Positions 35,971 to 47,997 of a stretch of DNA of 64,000 nt are shown here, piece after piece. The notes beneath the pieces are model-generated. The model searched no databases. It was not told where the DNA came from and saw only the letters and a list, made by a program, of their open reading frames with translations. The DNA is from Selaginella moellendorffii (lineage: Eukaryota > Plantae > Lycopodiophyta). Each line of letters begins with the position of its first letter. Within the stretch, counting starts at the first letter, position 1. A program made the position numbers and the translations under genes. Location: the NCBI RefSeq assembly GCF_000143415.4, contig NW_003314268.1:2186494-2250493 (forward strand), written 5' to 3'.

Positions 35971-36325
35971 ATCGATTTGTCCGGATCAAAAGGAAACTTT
36001 GTAATGAATTTGCGAGAGCTAATCTTTGGAAAAAAAACGCGACTTTCTTTCTCTTTCCACGATTGCGAAACTCCACACGTTTTTTCTTGTGTCGCAAGTC
36101 AACGCTCTAGATTCAATCTAGCGCACACGTGGACAAAAGAATATTCTTGAGCATCGTCTGGGTTTGAAAATTTGAAATTAAGGAACATGCCCGGCGCTCG
36201 AGTTATGCCCGACTTGAAGCACAAGGAATTGAGAAATCACGGCTAGAAATTCCCATACGCGCTTCAAGAACAAGGGAAGGGCTCACGCTTCCCAGATCTC
36301 CAATCGCGCCAGCGACGGCGACACA

Positions 36326-36676
36326 ATGCTGCTCAGGTTCTTGCTCCTCCTAGCTCTGATCATTCTGGTGTTCGCGCCCAGCCGCAGCGATGGGCAAGCG
36401 GCGCCGCCGAGGACGAGAAGGAACTGCAACTCCAATCCGTTGGTGTGCTTGAATCCCAGGAACAGGCCTGCGGGGCCGATTTGCTGCAACAGGCGATGCG
36501 TCGACATCTTGGGCGATCCGGCGCACTGCGGGCGGTGCTTCAATCGGTGTGGGTTTGGATTCAGCTGCTGCAGGGGGCGGTGCGTGGATCTGGATCGCAG
36601 CAGGAGGAACTGCGGCATTTGTGGGAACGTCTGCCGCCGACCGCTGCGCTGCGATTTTGGCATCTGTGGCTACTGA
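36326..36676 (+). CDS. STIG1-family secreted cysteine-rich peptide
   Basis: Signal peptide followed by the STIG1 Cys pattern CC..RCVD...D..HCG.C...C..G..CC.G.CVDL....NCG.CG..C....C.FG.CGY. Confidence 0.9.
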   Translation: MLLRFLLLLALIILVFAPSRSDGQAAPPRTRRNCNSNPLVCLNPRNRPAGPICCNRRCVDILGDPAHCGRCFNRCGFGFSCCRGRCVDLDRSRRNCGICGNVCRRPLRCDFGICGY

Positions 36677-37224
36677 ATCAGATTATCGCCACATAGTTCG
36701 TCCATCAATCGATAGATACTATAGAAGTCTCTATAAATATTCGTGGAAAGAGGTATTCATTCTCTCCCTGATTTGTTCGATCTATCAGGAAATAGGATCC
36801 TATTGAAGAAATAACACCAACGCATGAAGAGCACAGCGACCAAAAGTCCCGATTTGTTCCGAGAGGGTTTAGACGAGATTGTTAATAGGCTGTGGAAAAT
36901 AACGCGATCTAGCTTTGAATGGCTTTGAATCACGGTTTCCTTCGAATAGCTAACTTTCAAAGTTCAACATAGAGTAGTTTTTACGTCATGCAGTCTATGA
37001 GATGATTTGTCTGCCCACTTCCTTAGATTCCAGCGAATTCTAAGCAAAGTACTACCGTGCTGTCATTGACTGGAGACTCTTAAAAGTTTTTAAAATCATA
37101 GTAGCTAACTATTTCGAGCCCGGACCACATTTCGAGCTCACCAGCTCAAAATGAGAATCAAAGTCAATGTAATGTCAATGAAAGTCATGGCTTTGCACCC
37201 GAGTGGAAAAAGAAACAAAAACTT

Positions 37225-38592
37225 TCACTGAATTCTGAGCTGCTGTTGTTGTTGCTGTTGCTGCTGCTTGGCTTTTGCAGAGAAAGTGTTCTCTTTTGCC
37301 CGTGCCATATGCTCAATCCTCTGCTGCGAGGCTGTCTGCCTCGTGTCTTGCCCGTCCCTGATCACCGTTAGCCATTCCCCTTGCTGCTGCTGTTGCTCAT
37401 TGCTAGCTTGAGCTCCACCGCCGCCGATTGAGAACCTCCTCATCCGCTCCGCGAGAGAAGTAGCAGTAGAAGCAGTGGATGGCGCTGGCGCAGCGCTACT
37501 ACTACTGCTGCCAACGCCGCTCTTCTTGGAAGTGGCGATGGAGGAAGAAGACGAGGACGCTTGAGGCGATTGCATGTCGGACGAGAAGCTCACGCTCTGC
37601 TTCTTGATGGCGGGCTTGAGAGATGGCTTGGGCGTGCGGAGCTCCGGCGTGTCCTCATCGATGGTTTTCAGCGGCTGAGGAGGCGGACTCTCCGCCGTCG
37701 ATTCCCTGGGCTCTACATGATGAGGGCCGTCGAGCCCAAACTGGGCGGGATATGGCGGGGGTGTCGCCGGGGACGACGACGCCGTGGAGGGCGACGTCGA
37801 CTGCTCGGCGCAAACTGGGCAATTCATGGTGGAGAAGAAGCGCGGCTTGTCCTGGATGCAGTCGATGTGGCAGGAGTGATTGCAATCCCAGGGCGCCACC
37901 GCCTCGTCCTCGACGATCACGTCGTGGCCACAGATCGCGCAGGCGTTGGCGCCGGCGGCGGTGGTGGCGGCGGGGGATCCCTGCGGCGCCAGGAAGAGCT
38001 GGCGGTGGGAGAGATGCGCGGGGCGGACGCACTGGACGAGGAAGCGCGGCGCGCCGCTGGGCGAGGATTCCATGGCCTCGGCGGCGAGAATGGACGCGTT
38101 TGCGTCGCCCGGTGGGAGCGAGTAGTGGATGAATCCCTGCTGGTCCATGGAGGTGGCCATCTTGTGGAGGTGCGTGGCCAGGAGCTGCTTGGGGACGTTG
38201 ACGAGGAGGCCCGCCTCGCGCACCCAAACCCTAACCCCCCGCGTGGACAGTCGCCTCACTTCGCCCAGGAGCCACTTGTGGCGATTGCAGCGCACCGCCA
38301 CCATCTCGCCCTTGGCGTACTGGATCGAGAGCGGCGAGGGCAAGGGGAGACACGATCCCCCCGCGCCCCGGGGTGTGGAGTTGGCGGAGAAGGAGGGATT
38401 GGGAGAGGAGGAGGCGGAGCTCATGGATGATGATCCCGGGGGCGTTTGCTGCTGCTGCGATGGGGCGAGCGAATCCCATCGGGGGCTTGTGGGGCTCTCG
38501 GGTTGGGAGAGGTAGCGATCCAAGCTGCTGGGCGCGTAGTCCTTCTTCTGGCTCTCCAGCCAGTCGGCGATGTCTACCCGCTTGGTGCCCAT
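37225..38592 (-). CDS. Intronless RING-H2 finger protein with a putative Tudor/SH3-like N-terminal barrel and low-complexity S/Q tracts
   Basis: 455-aa ORF. CAIC...CNHSCHIDC...CPVC fits C3H2C3 spacing; QYAKGEMVAVR...WLLGEVRRL...VRVWV resembles a Tudor/Agenet fold. Confidence 0.75.
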   Translation of the reverse strand: MGTKRVDIADWLESQKKDYAPSSLDRYLSQPESPTSPRWDSLAPSQQQQTPPGSSSMSSASSSPNPSFSANSTPRGAGGSCLPLPSPLSIQYAKGEMVAVRCNRHKWLLGEVRRLSTRGVRVWVREAGLLVNVPKQLLATHLHKMATSMDQQGFIHYSLPPGDANASILAAEAMESSPSGAPRFLVQCVRPAHLSHRQLFLAPQGSPAATTAAGANACAICGHDVIVEDEAVAPWDCNHSCHIDCIQDKPRFFSTMNCPVCAEQSTSPSTASSSPATPPPYPAQFGLDGPHHVEPRESTAESPPPQPLKTIDEDTPELRTPKPSLKPAIKKQSVSFSSDMQSPQASSSSSSIATSKKSGVGSSSSSAAPAPSTASTATSLAERMRRFSIGGGGAQASNEQQQQQGEWLTVIRDGQDTRQTASQQRIEHMARAKENTFSAKAKQQQQQQQQQLRIQ

Positions 38593-38695
38593 TTGGGGGA
38601 GAAAAATCGCCCAGCCCTACAACAATATAACGGAATGCCCCTTCACATTCCGGGGAAGCGCGAAAGTTCGAATATGCCAGAAGCATCCATAGCCA

Positions 38696-38741
38696 GACAC
38701 GTGTCGGGCTTGAGAACGCGCCACGGACCCTCACACGTGGC
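38696..38741. promoter_or_regulatory. Paired ABRE/G-box elements in a short divergent promoter
   Basis: GACACGTGTC at 38696-38705 and CACACGTGGC at 38732-38741. Confidence 0.65.
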
Positions 38742-38834
38742 ATCTAGTTTGCTTGTTCTCCGCGGAGTGAAAAAGAAGAGCATCGCAAGAAGCAACCTAG
38801 GGATTGTGTTTCTTTGTGACTAGAATCGATCGCG

Positions 38835-39190
38835 ATGAAGCAAGCACCGGGGCAGGACAAGGGGGTTTCCGTGGGGGAGGGCCTCAAGAACGCGGGCGCG
38901 ACGATGCAGGAGAACTTGGAGAAGGCGGGAGCAACGATCTCAGCGCAGGTTAGGGTTTTTTTCTTTTCTCGCTTTGAGTTTGATCCCGGGATTGCAATGC
39001 GCGATGTATGCAGGCCGAGAAGATGAAAGGGGCAGGGGACGAAGAGGCGGGCATCGCCGCGGATTTGAGCAAGGACACGCGCCAGGCCGCCGCCGCCGAC
39101 CGAGCTGAGGCCAAGAAGGCGCAGCACCACGAAGAAGCTAAGAATCCAGACGACCATCCAGCTCCATTCACCAAGACACCGTTTGTCTAG
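38835..39190 (+). CDS. Small hydrophilic LEA-like protein (group 4 / LEA_1-like), 2 exons
   Basis: MKQAPG...NLEKAGATISAQ|AEKMKGAGDEEAGIAADLSKDTRQAAAADRAEAKKAQHH; A/K/E-rich, no Cys or Trp; ABREs upstream. Confidence 0.7.
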
Positions 39191-40405
39191 AAACCCTTCA
39201 AAGAAAATAGTTCTTGTCATGTATGATCCACATCGGTCAAATAACCATTGTGAACGCCGCTCATGTGATAACCTTCTTGAAGAGCCGCTAAGCTACATGC
39301 TGTGCAAGATCAGATCCATAGGAAATATGCTAACTATATAGGGTATAGATGGCTGTAGGATGCTAAATCTAAAACTTGCCCTTCAATGGATAATCGTTAA
39401 GAGATTCAAATTGCACTCCATTACCAAACTTTGAAAGCCTACTATTGTTATTAAAGGAAACGTGGGTATTCAAATTTTGATAAGGTTTTTAATTTGCATC
39501 TATTGTATTCATATGTGTTCAATTAAGCATTGCAAGACCCTCAAAAACATATATTCTCTTTGACTTGCTGACTTCACACCCAACCAAGCAGCCAATTCAC
39601 ATAAGCAGGAAAGCTTTCCTTTCTTACTGCCACAGTAGGCAAGGTTGAATTCTTGTCTCCACGTATATTCAACTGTTTACAGGGTTTTATAGTGCCCACC
39701 AAGAAGCATGAGACAGAGTACAACACCAGCATCTCTATACTGAAAACCTTCAGCCTCATCAAAGAGACAATAGGGTGCGGGTGCCGATAGTGCATTTGTC
39801 CCTACACAGTGTGAAGGGAAGAATCTAGTTGTAAGGCTTGGATTGCCAGGAGCGCGCTGGACCCCATATGAAGTCCCCCATCATGATGAGAAGGGGATGA
39901 TTTCCAAAGATACGCTACTCTAGTATTGGCCTCAGCCTCAGCCTCTCTGGTAACTCGACTGATCAATGCGTTCCACGAAAGTCAAGTAGTTATTGATCCA
40001 GCACACTGTTCAATCCTATTTTGATATAAAAGGTGGCAGCCATTAAAAAAGGTTATTTTTGTGGGACAGGGACATGTTGCGTCTCAACAGAGCTCTCTAT
40101 TTGGTGGATCAATGTGGAAATCGTCAAGTCCACACATCTGGATCGAGCATCAAGCGACAACGCTGTGAAAGGTGGCAAGTCATACGGTCTCGCGGCACTA
40201 TATTACCGAGGATCTCGTTGGACTCCTCCCCTCAATCTCGAGGAAAACGCAAGCATTTCACTGTCAAAGGGACCATATAGACAAATCTATCAAATTGCCT
40301 TTAGAAAAAATGTATACAGATTTAGGGCATATAAACAAAATTTTAACATAAAATAAGAAAAGCCCTAAACGGGTGAATTATTTACGGACACTCTGTTTTA
40401 GGGTT

Positions 40406-41432
40406 CTAGTAGAGGCGCTCTGGAGAGCCAGCAACCACATCCTTGTACAAGCTGCGACCTTCACCGCCCTCCACATCTTCGCGGTGCTTGGCACTGCCCT
40501 CCAGGAATGGCTCGCCTGATTCGCCGCGCATGCGGTTAAGGCTCTCCTGCGCGCCACCTCTCAGAAATTCGCCGCCATGGCCAGGACCTTCGCGCTCCAG
40601 GCGCTGCAGCGTTGAGATCCTCATCAGGTTGACAATTCCGCCCAGAACAAGCAGCGCCGCGCCCAGGATCGCAAACCAGGTCGCATTGCTCTGCGAGAAG
40701 ACAGAAAAATTTAGGGTTATAAAATTGAAAAGAATCGAGTCCATTACCTGGAGCCTCCTCTCCACCGTCTTGGGCCAGTATGGCAATCCGATCACTCCTC
40801 CACACAGCAGTAGCGTGCTAGCGATGACGAAGCACACAGTGACCCCCCGCTCGTAGGCCTGGACGCCCAAGCTCGCGCGCTCGTAGAGCTGGAAGATGTT
40901 GTGGATCGATGCGAGCAGCCACAATGCCGGCCCCGCGATGAGCATTCTCAATCCGTGGACCGCGAGGGTGTTCCTGGTGTGATGCGAGTACCTCCCCTTG
41001 GCAGTCTGCACGATCGATCGATCCAGGGGATCCAGAGATTCAAACCCAGAGACTGGAATTTTTTGTGCTTACCAGGAGCAAGAAGAGCAGGCCCAAGAAC
41101 ACGAGGAACGACCCCAGCGCGGTGACGACGGGCACGGCGATCTCGACCAGGATGTACTGCGGATCCACCTTGAGCAGCTCCAGTTTGAAATCCACGCCGG
41201 CGAGGTGGGCGTAGAGATCATGCAAATTGACGAGGAAGATGAGGATGGATCCCGTGAGGGCGAGGATCAATCCGAGCTTGCTGTTCTCGTGGCTAGGGAG
41301 CTGGAAGATCAAGCCGGCAAGGATAAGCACCGCGCCAAGAACATAGATGAATCCATTGATCCCCTCGAGGAGCTCGCGGTAGCCGCCAGGGGCGTAGAGC
41401 CGCGCTGTGCGCGAGGAGACGAGCTTCACCAT
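40406..41432 (-). CDS. Conserved plant multi-pass membrane protein of unknown function, 3 exons
   Basis: MVKLVSSRTARLY...VNLHDLYAHLAGVDF...LVEIAVP, HNIFQLYERA, LRGGAQE; several TM helices; ACGT-box cluster upstream. Confidence 0.8.
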
Positions 41433-41916
41433 GGCGAGAGCGCTCCTTCCCTAGATCGATCGACCAAGGAGTTTTAGGAATGGGAGAGAGAGAGAGACCT
41501 GGCGCAAGGAATCAAGAATATGGAGCTCTTATAGCTGGGAAGGGATGAAGATGAGGGGAGGATAGATGTGATTTTGCTTTGGCAAGGGTAACAAGGGAAT
41601 CTGGGAGGTGCGGGCGCTGAGCAACTGCCAAGTGTGCGTTTGCATGGCGAGCGTGGCACGTCATAATCCACGGCTGCTAATGGGACACCATTATTATGTT
41701 CATGCATATCCGAGCACGTGACTTGACGTGGCTGCCACCTGGTCCTTGCGCTACTGACGTGGAATGCGTTTCGTGCTGCCAGCTGTCCCTGCCGGATATT
41801 TCCTGGGTGCGTTTGGGCCACAAAATGTAGAACTAATAAGCGGTCTAGAAGCTTCTCATGGATGCCACTTTAGGGTTTAACTGTGATTTGGGGGTTTTGG
41901 AAGCAGCCGGATAGCA

Positions 41917-44358
41917 ATGCCGAGCCCGGTGAAGAAGGTGAGCGCTGGATTGATGGAGATCCAGGGTACGAGGAAGCTCGGTGTACGTATGTGGGGGTAT
42001 TTGCCGGCATCGTCGCCGCAGAGATCACCGATCGTCGTTCCCACCAAGGTGTCGCCGGCGAGCCCCGACGATGGGTGGAGGGCAGTGTGTAGTGGAGGTT
42101 GTGGTTTTGCTCTAGCTCTCTCAGGTAGGAACAGAAAAGAAACAGTCGCAAGAATGCAGATGGAATGAAGATGGGTATGCAGCCGCTTGAGTGAGTGAGT
42201 TCTTTCCCTTCGTGTTACAAGCCTCTCTTTCTTTTTTGCCGTGGGTCTCGTTGTTTTCTCGAGCTTATCCGCTCGATCGATCTCACAGTTTTTCTGTTTG
42301 TTCTGTGCCTTGTTTTTAAGTTGCAGACTCGGTGAAGTTGCTGCTTTGAAGACCAACAAAAAAAGAGAAAAAAACACTGTAACCATCCAGTTTTAGCCCA
42401 TTGCCTGCCTGTTTATTGCATTTTCCAAATGCCTCCTTTAGCAGACATCCTTTTCCTTTTGTATTGATGCTCTTCGTTTTTCTCGGTGACAGTTTTGCAG
42501 ATGCCAGAGCTTATCTTCTTCAGTAAAAAACAATAAAATTCTAACTTTGTGTTGTGGCTTTTGTTGTTTCTTCCTTTGATGGATCCTAACACAACAGAGA
42601 GTGGAAAATTGCATACTTGGGGCTCGACTGATGATCTTGGGCAGTGTTACCATATTTCCGGAAAACACCAGGTATATTATATTCTGCCAACTTAACTTTG
42701 TTTACCTGCAACTTCTGTGTTCAGGAGCATCCGGAACCTTTCCCATTACAAACACCGCCAGCGATTTTTGCAGCTGCAGGCTGGGCCCATTGCGCTGTTG
42801 TGACAGGTTAGTGGAGGTTTGAGCATCGGGAAAAAACCGATCTTTTCGTTTCAGAGACTGGCGAAGTGTATACGTGGGGATGGAAGGAATGCGTTCCAAG
42901 TGACAAAAACTGTGTGGAGCAGGGTGTTTCGGGAGATCCTTACGACTATCAAGGACGAACCGAAGAGTTAAAACACGTGGAACCCGACTTGGACTCGAGT
43001 CCCGGGCACTCCCCAGAGGCGCTTCGTAGGCTGAAACGGGCTGGACCCGACCACAATTCTCCAGAGAAACACCGACTAGGATCAAGCAGTAGCAGAGTAC
43101 AGAGTCCTCGCAGTGCTCTAAAGGTCAATGACAAAGTTGATTCCAGCAAGAAACGCAAAGTCAGCACGGATGAAGCTGGCTCTCCTGACAGTTCTGGAGC
43201 TGGTGTCGACGAAGCGGTGGTAGCACCTCTGTGCTGTGTTCCAATGCCTGCCAAAGTTATTCTTGTCGCAACGGGAGGGCGACATACTTTGTCACTTACA
43301 GGCAAGCTTTTCCGGGGCTTTTACTTTCTTTCGTTCACTCTGTCGCTCTCATAAGTGTTTTGTTTCGGATTTTAGACACTGGCCAGGTATGGAGCTGGGG
43401 ATATGGAGGCGAAGGTCAGCTGGGCCTGGGTACTCGCATGCGCACGGTCTCGTCACCGCAGCCAATACCGCTGGAGCCGTCAACTTACTGGCTGAGAAAA
43501 GGCAACAGGGCTGGTGCAGTAAAGCCACCGGGTAGTTATATAGTTGGAATTGCTTGTGGTGGGCGGCACAGTGCAATCTTAACAGGTTACAAGCTTGACG
43601 ATATCTACAATTCTGAAAGTTAGTCTGAAAGTTTTTTGCTGTAGATGGTGGAGCTGTTCTGACTTTCGGATGGGGACTCTACGGCCAGGTAACGTTTTAG
43701 CTGTTTTACTTGTCGTGTCCTGAAGAAAAGTCCTGTGTTTCAGTGTGGGCAAGGCAGCACAGAAGACGAGCTCAGCCCAAACTACGTGTCTTCTCTCGGT
43801 GGTCTCCACGTTACAGCGATCGCATCTGGGCTTTGGCACACACTGTGCATCACAGATACTGGGGAGGTGTACGCTTTTGGTGGGAATCAGTTCGGACAAC
43901 TCGGCGTTGGGGGCGATCACTCGGAGGTGGTGAAAACTCTTGATCAAAAAATCTTGAAGCTTAACCACTGTTGTTTGCAGACGCTCCCTAAGCTTGTAGA
44001 GGCCGCGGTGCTGGAGGACGAGTGTGCAAAGTCAGTGTCCTGCGGTGCTCGACACAGCGCAATAACCACAGGTACTGAGCTTCACAAAAATCCGCATTTC
44101 CAACCAGAAGTCGGTTTTTTTGTTCTTTTGAGCAGAAAAGGGGAAGGTTTTTTGCTGGGGATGGAACAAGTATGGCCAGGTAAGTTGCTGTATTCTCTTT
44201 TTGCTTGCAAAGCCCTCTTGATGATTTTGGAAACTTGGCAGCTAGGACTTGGCGACACGGGCGACCGTGATACTCCTCATGAAGTTCCGCTCGAGCACCG
44301 GGCAGTAAACGTAGCGTGTGGGTGGTGGCATACTCTCGCTCTCACAGACCAACCGTGA
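41917..44358 (+). CDS. RCC1-repeat protein (TCF1-like), multi-exon
   Basis: MWGYLP, WGYGGEGQLGLG, IACGGRHS, ASGLWHT, FGGNQFGQLG and VACGWWHT repeats. Confidence 0.9.
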
Positions 44359-44474
44359 TCGATCAAGGAGTGTTTAGCTTGATTGTAATTATTGTTTCAT
44401 TTTTTACTTAATTAATTGACTGGCATTGAGTTTAACTGTAGTTTTAAAATAGGTTGTGACCTAGATTTCTGGCA

Positions 44475-45893
44475 ATGGCTGTGGCCCGGGCGCCCGCGAA
44501 GGTGATCCTGTGTGGGGAGCATGCCGTCGTCCACGGATCCACTGGCGTGGCCGCCGCCATTGGGATCTACACGCACGCACGGATCGAGAGAGGTAAGGCG
44601 CGAGCTCTGGCGCTGGCTGCTCGTCTGATCCCTCATCGCCCAGAGCAGGAGACTCCCCCAGCTTTCTTCTCGTGCTGCCTGATCTCAATGTGACGCTGGA
44701 GTGGTCGCTGGATTTCATCCGGCAGGAGCTGGGGATTTCGGCGCTGGAGGAAGTGGATCCCATGGCTGTGCGGCAGGATCTCGCAGGGAAACTGGCGGCA
44801 TTGCTGGAGAAGCGAGGGACTGGTGGGAATTGTGAGCTTCCTCCCGAGTTTTCTGGTGGAAAACTAGCAGGAGTGGTGGCTGTTTTGTTCCTCTACGTCT
44901 CCATCGTCGGGTAAGAAGGAAAGATGGTTTTTTCTTCTCTTTGACAGGTTCTTCCAGGTTGAAGCCGGTGGTCTTGACGATCGACTCGGAGATTCCCATG
45001 TCTTGCGGGCTTGGATCCTCGGCAGCTCTAGCAGTCTCAGTGGCTGCCTCGCTCCTGGCTTTCGCTCGTCCCCAAAGGGATGGGAAGCTTGCTGGGAGCA
45101 ATTGGATCGGCGTTTGCGAGGACGATGCACGGCTCATCAGCAGCTGGGCTTTCGAGGCAGAGAAGATCATCCATGGAAATCCATCCGGGATCGACAATAC
45201 AGTGTGTACTTTCGGTAGTTCTTGCGTTTCTTTTCTTCGTTTACACAAGATCATGATCTTGGCAGGAAACGTTGTCAAGATGAAGAATGACAAGAGAGAA
45301 GTGCTCACAAACCTGGCCTCGCTGCAAATGCTTATCACGAACACCAAAGTTCCCAGAGACACCAAGAAATTGGTGAGCGGCGTTCGTCAGCTCAAGGAGA
45401 AGCACCCCAAGGTCATGTCTGGCATCTTTGATGTTATCGATTCCATCTCGGAAGACTTTCTCGGGATCCTCCAGTCACAGCCCGCGACTGTAAGCAAGAC
45501 TTTCGTGTCTCCCCAGCGGAGAATTCACTCGTTTACGTGCTTCGCAGGATCAGTCCCAGCAGGAAAAGCTGGAGGAGCTCGTCGTTTTGAACCAAGGTCT
45601 TCTTGGAACGATTGGAGTGAGTCATGCGTCCATTGAGAAGATTTGCAAGATCACAGCCAAGTACGGCTTGAAATCCAAGCTCACCGGAGGAGGAGGTGGC
45701 GGCTGCGTGATCACTTTACTTCCAAGAGGTAGAAAGCTTTTCTCAAATCTTCTTTATGTTCTCCTAACTCTCGCTCGCTCTTGCAGGACTGTCTCCAAAG
45801 GTCTTGGAACAAGTGAGCGACGATCTAAACAGCTCTGGGTTTGAATGCTTACAAGCAGAAGTTGGTGTTCAAGGAGTCCAGATTTTGCAATAG
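44475..45893 (+). CDS. MVK: Mevalonate kinase
   Basis: APAKVILCGEHAVVHG, GLGSSAA, EKIIHGNPSGIDN and SKLTGGGGGGC GHMP motifs. Confidence 0.95.
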
Positions 45894-45912
45894 CATCGAA
45901 GGTTTGCTCGAT

Positions 45913-47943
45913 TCAAGACTGGTTTTTCTCCCTGAAGCACTTGGTACATTCGCACGCGAAGCCGTAGTCCGACAGCATTGCTTGTCTCTCGGTGTACGAT
46001 AAATCTTCCTCCTCGATGTATGAGGTGAAAATCTGAAAACCATTTTGAGTGAAAACAAGAAAGAAAGATTTGATTCACCTGTTCTCCTTTCATGATCTTC
46101 CTCGTCGCAATTATCACAGCATTGCCATTTATGTCCTGAAAAACAGTCGAGTCAACTGTGCTCTATCCTCACTACAAAACAGACCTCATCTCGCTTAAAA
46201 GCCTTCGCATTCGGCTCGCAAGAGTGGTTTATGCAGCTGTGCAATGCGAAAAACCCAGAACCTGGAAGTACATTCAAATTCCACGAATAGTTCTGGACGT
46301 TAAACCCACCTTGGCAGAAGGAAGCGTACTTCTCGCCCAAAGCCTCAAACAGTGGTCGAGTAATTTGTTCTGTTTGTTCCTGTGATTCAAAGACTAGGCA
46401 CTTGTCCATCCATGTTATCTTCTAGTTACCTTGAGAGCTGGCTCAAGATCTTGAATGTAGAGAAAATAGTTTTCAACGGGTGAGGCGACGACGACATCTC
46501 TGGAAAAAGCCGTGTGACTCGAGATTCTCAACGACAGAGATGGCTTACAGGTTGTTTAGCTCGAACATGCCGATGATGCTCCCATAAATCTCCAAAGAAA
46601 AAACTGGTGGTGTCAAAGAAAACGCCAAAAGAAGCAAAGGTTTAGGATACGAGGTGCAAACTCCGGCTCCCCCAGCGCAGCTTTGAGCTGGCTCAAGGAC
46701 TAGAAAAAACATGAACATGTTAGTGTACATAATCGTTATGCTTTGGAACTTACTGCTTCCGCTAATTCCTTGATTTGGCTCCTGAAAGATGCTTCTTCTA
46801 AAGGATCAACGTCGTCTGGAAGAGCCACGGCTTCCCACCACCTGAACTTGGCGAAATTAAACTCTTACGAAGCGAAAAGCGTACTTACAGACGCTTTTCT
46901 CCCATGGCAAATGGTTTCCACGCCTCAAGGAGTGCATTTCGGTCTGTAACTCCACTGCTTTCAGAGAGCTTTTTCGTGCGAAGCATAACCTTCGCAATCA
47001 ACTGCACAGAGAACGTAAAACATAGTCGCAAAACAAAGAAACAAGCGAAGGCTACCTTGCTGGCCAAATGGAAAATGTCATTGGTTTCTGGAGAGGATGA
47101 AAGTCAGGACGAGTAGAGAACAGCAGTTTACCATCAGCAAATTCTTTGAAAAGAACAAGCTCGTCCCTGTGTTGTGAAACACCATCGCAAAGCAACGAGT
47201 GGTGATCATGCCAGGCCCTTTGTGCACACGATTTGCTACTCGCAAAAGGAAGCAAGCAAGAGTTATGAGAAGGAAGTCGCAGCGCATTCACAAACTAACC
47301 TGCAGTAAATCTCCGAGCATCCACCGGAGCACTTGACTACCTCCGGTAGCAAAAACTTGTCTCCATGAGGAAGAGAGAAACCATCACCTTTTAGAAGAGC
47401 TAACGCTTCCTCCGAAGAAACACCATGCCGGTGATGGTCTTCTTCTTCATCTTCTTCTTCGTGATAGCAGCACGACTGAGTCTCTGGAGCTTCAAGTTTG
47501 CGTTGTATTTGGAGCTGGATGGAACCGACGTAGCGAAAGCAAAAGCCACACACAACCGCATCGTTCTGTCCATGAATGAACAAGAACAAGAACAAGAACT
47601 CGTAAAGCAAAACAATTCCAATCAAATACCTTGTTATGGCTGTGCTGTGCAGCAAAGAGAGGTTCTTCGATCAAGATCACCTCTTCCGCGTCAAAATCTC
47701 TCTCGGCAAAGAGGCCTGCAAGATCTCCAAATCTAGAATTCGCGAGAGAAAAGCACAGCGATACCTTTCCCCATCGTCGCGGTAGATTTCACGCGCAATG
47801 CGGCACCGGTCAGCTGAGAATAATACTCCTGATCCATCAAATCGTGTCAATCCACAGCGCTTTGTCAGGACCGAGCCTCGAGTTACCTCCATTTGCTTCC
47901 AAGGAGGAGAAACGAGCAGCGCGCCACCGTCCTCCATAGCCAT
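45913..47943 (-). CDS. ATXR2: SET/MYND histone-lysine methyltransferase, ATXR2/SMYD5-like, multi-exon
   Basis: VCGFCFRYVGS, EIYGSIIGMFELNNL, SCINHSCEPNA and post-SET YGFACECTKC. Confidence 0.9.
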
Positions 47944-47997
47944 GGGCGATAAACCCTAACAAAAACCTCCGCATTGGAATTAGGGCATCCTTGCCAA

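Noticed and set aside
37561-38515. Long antisense and alternative-frame ORFs over the RING gene, SC35, DapB and the LEA-like gene (for example 52179-52547)
   Set aside because: Shadow ORFs of GC-rich coding sequence with no recognisable domains.
39570-40360. Short ORFs in the 39.2-40.4 kb spacer
   Set aside because: No motif, splice structure or termini that I can support.
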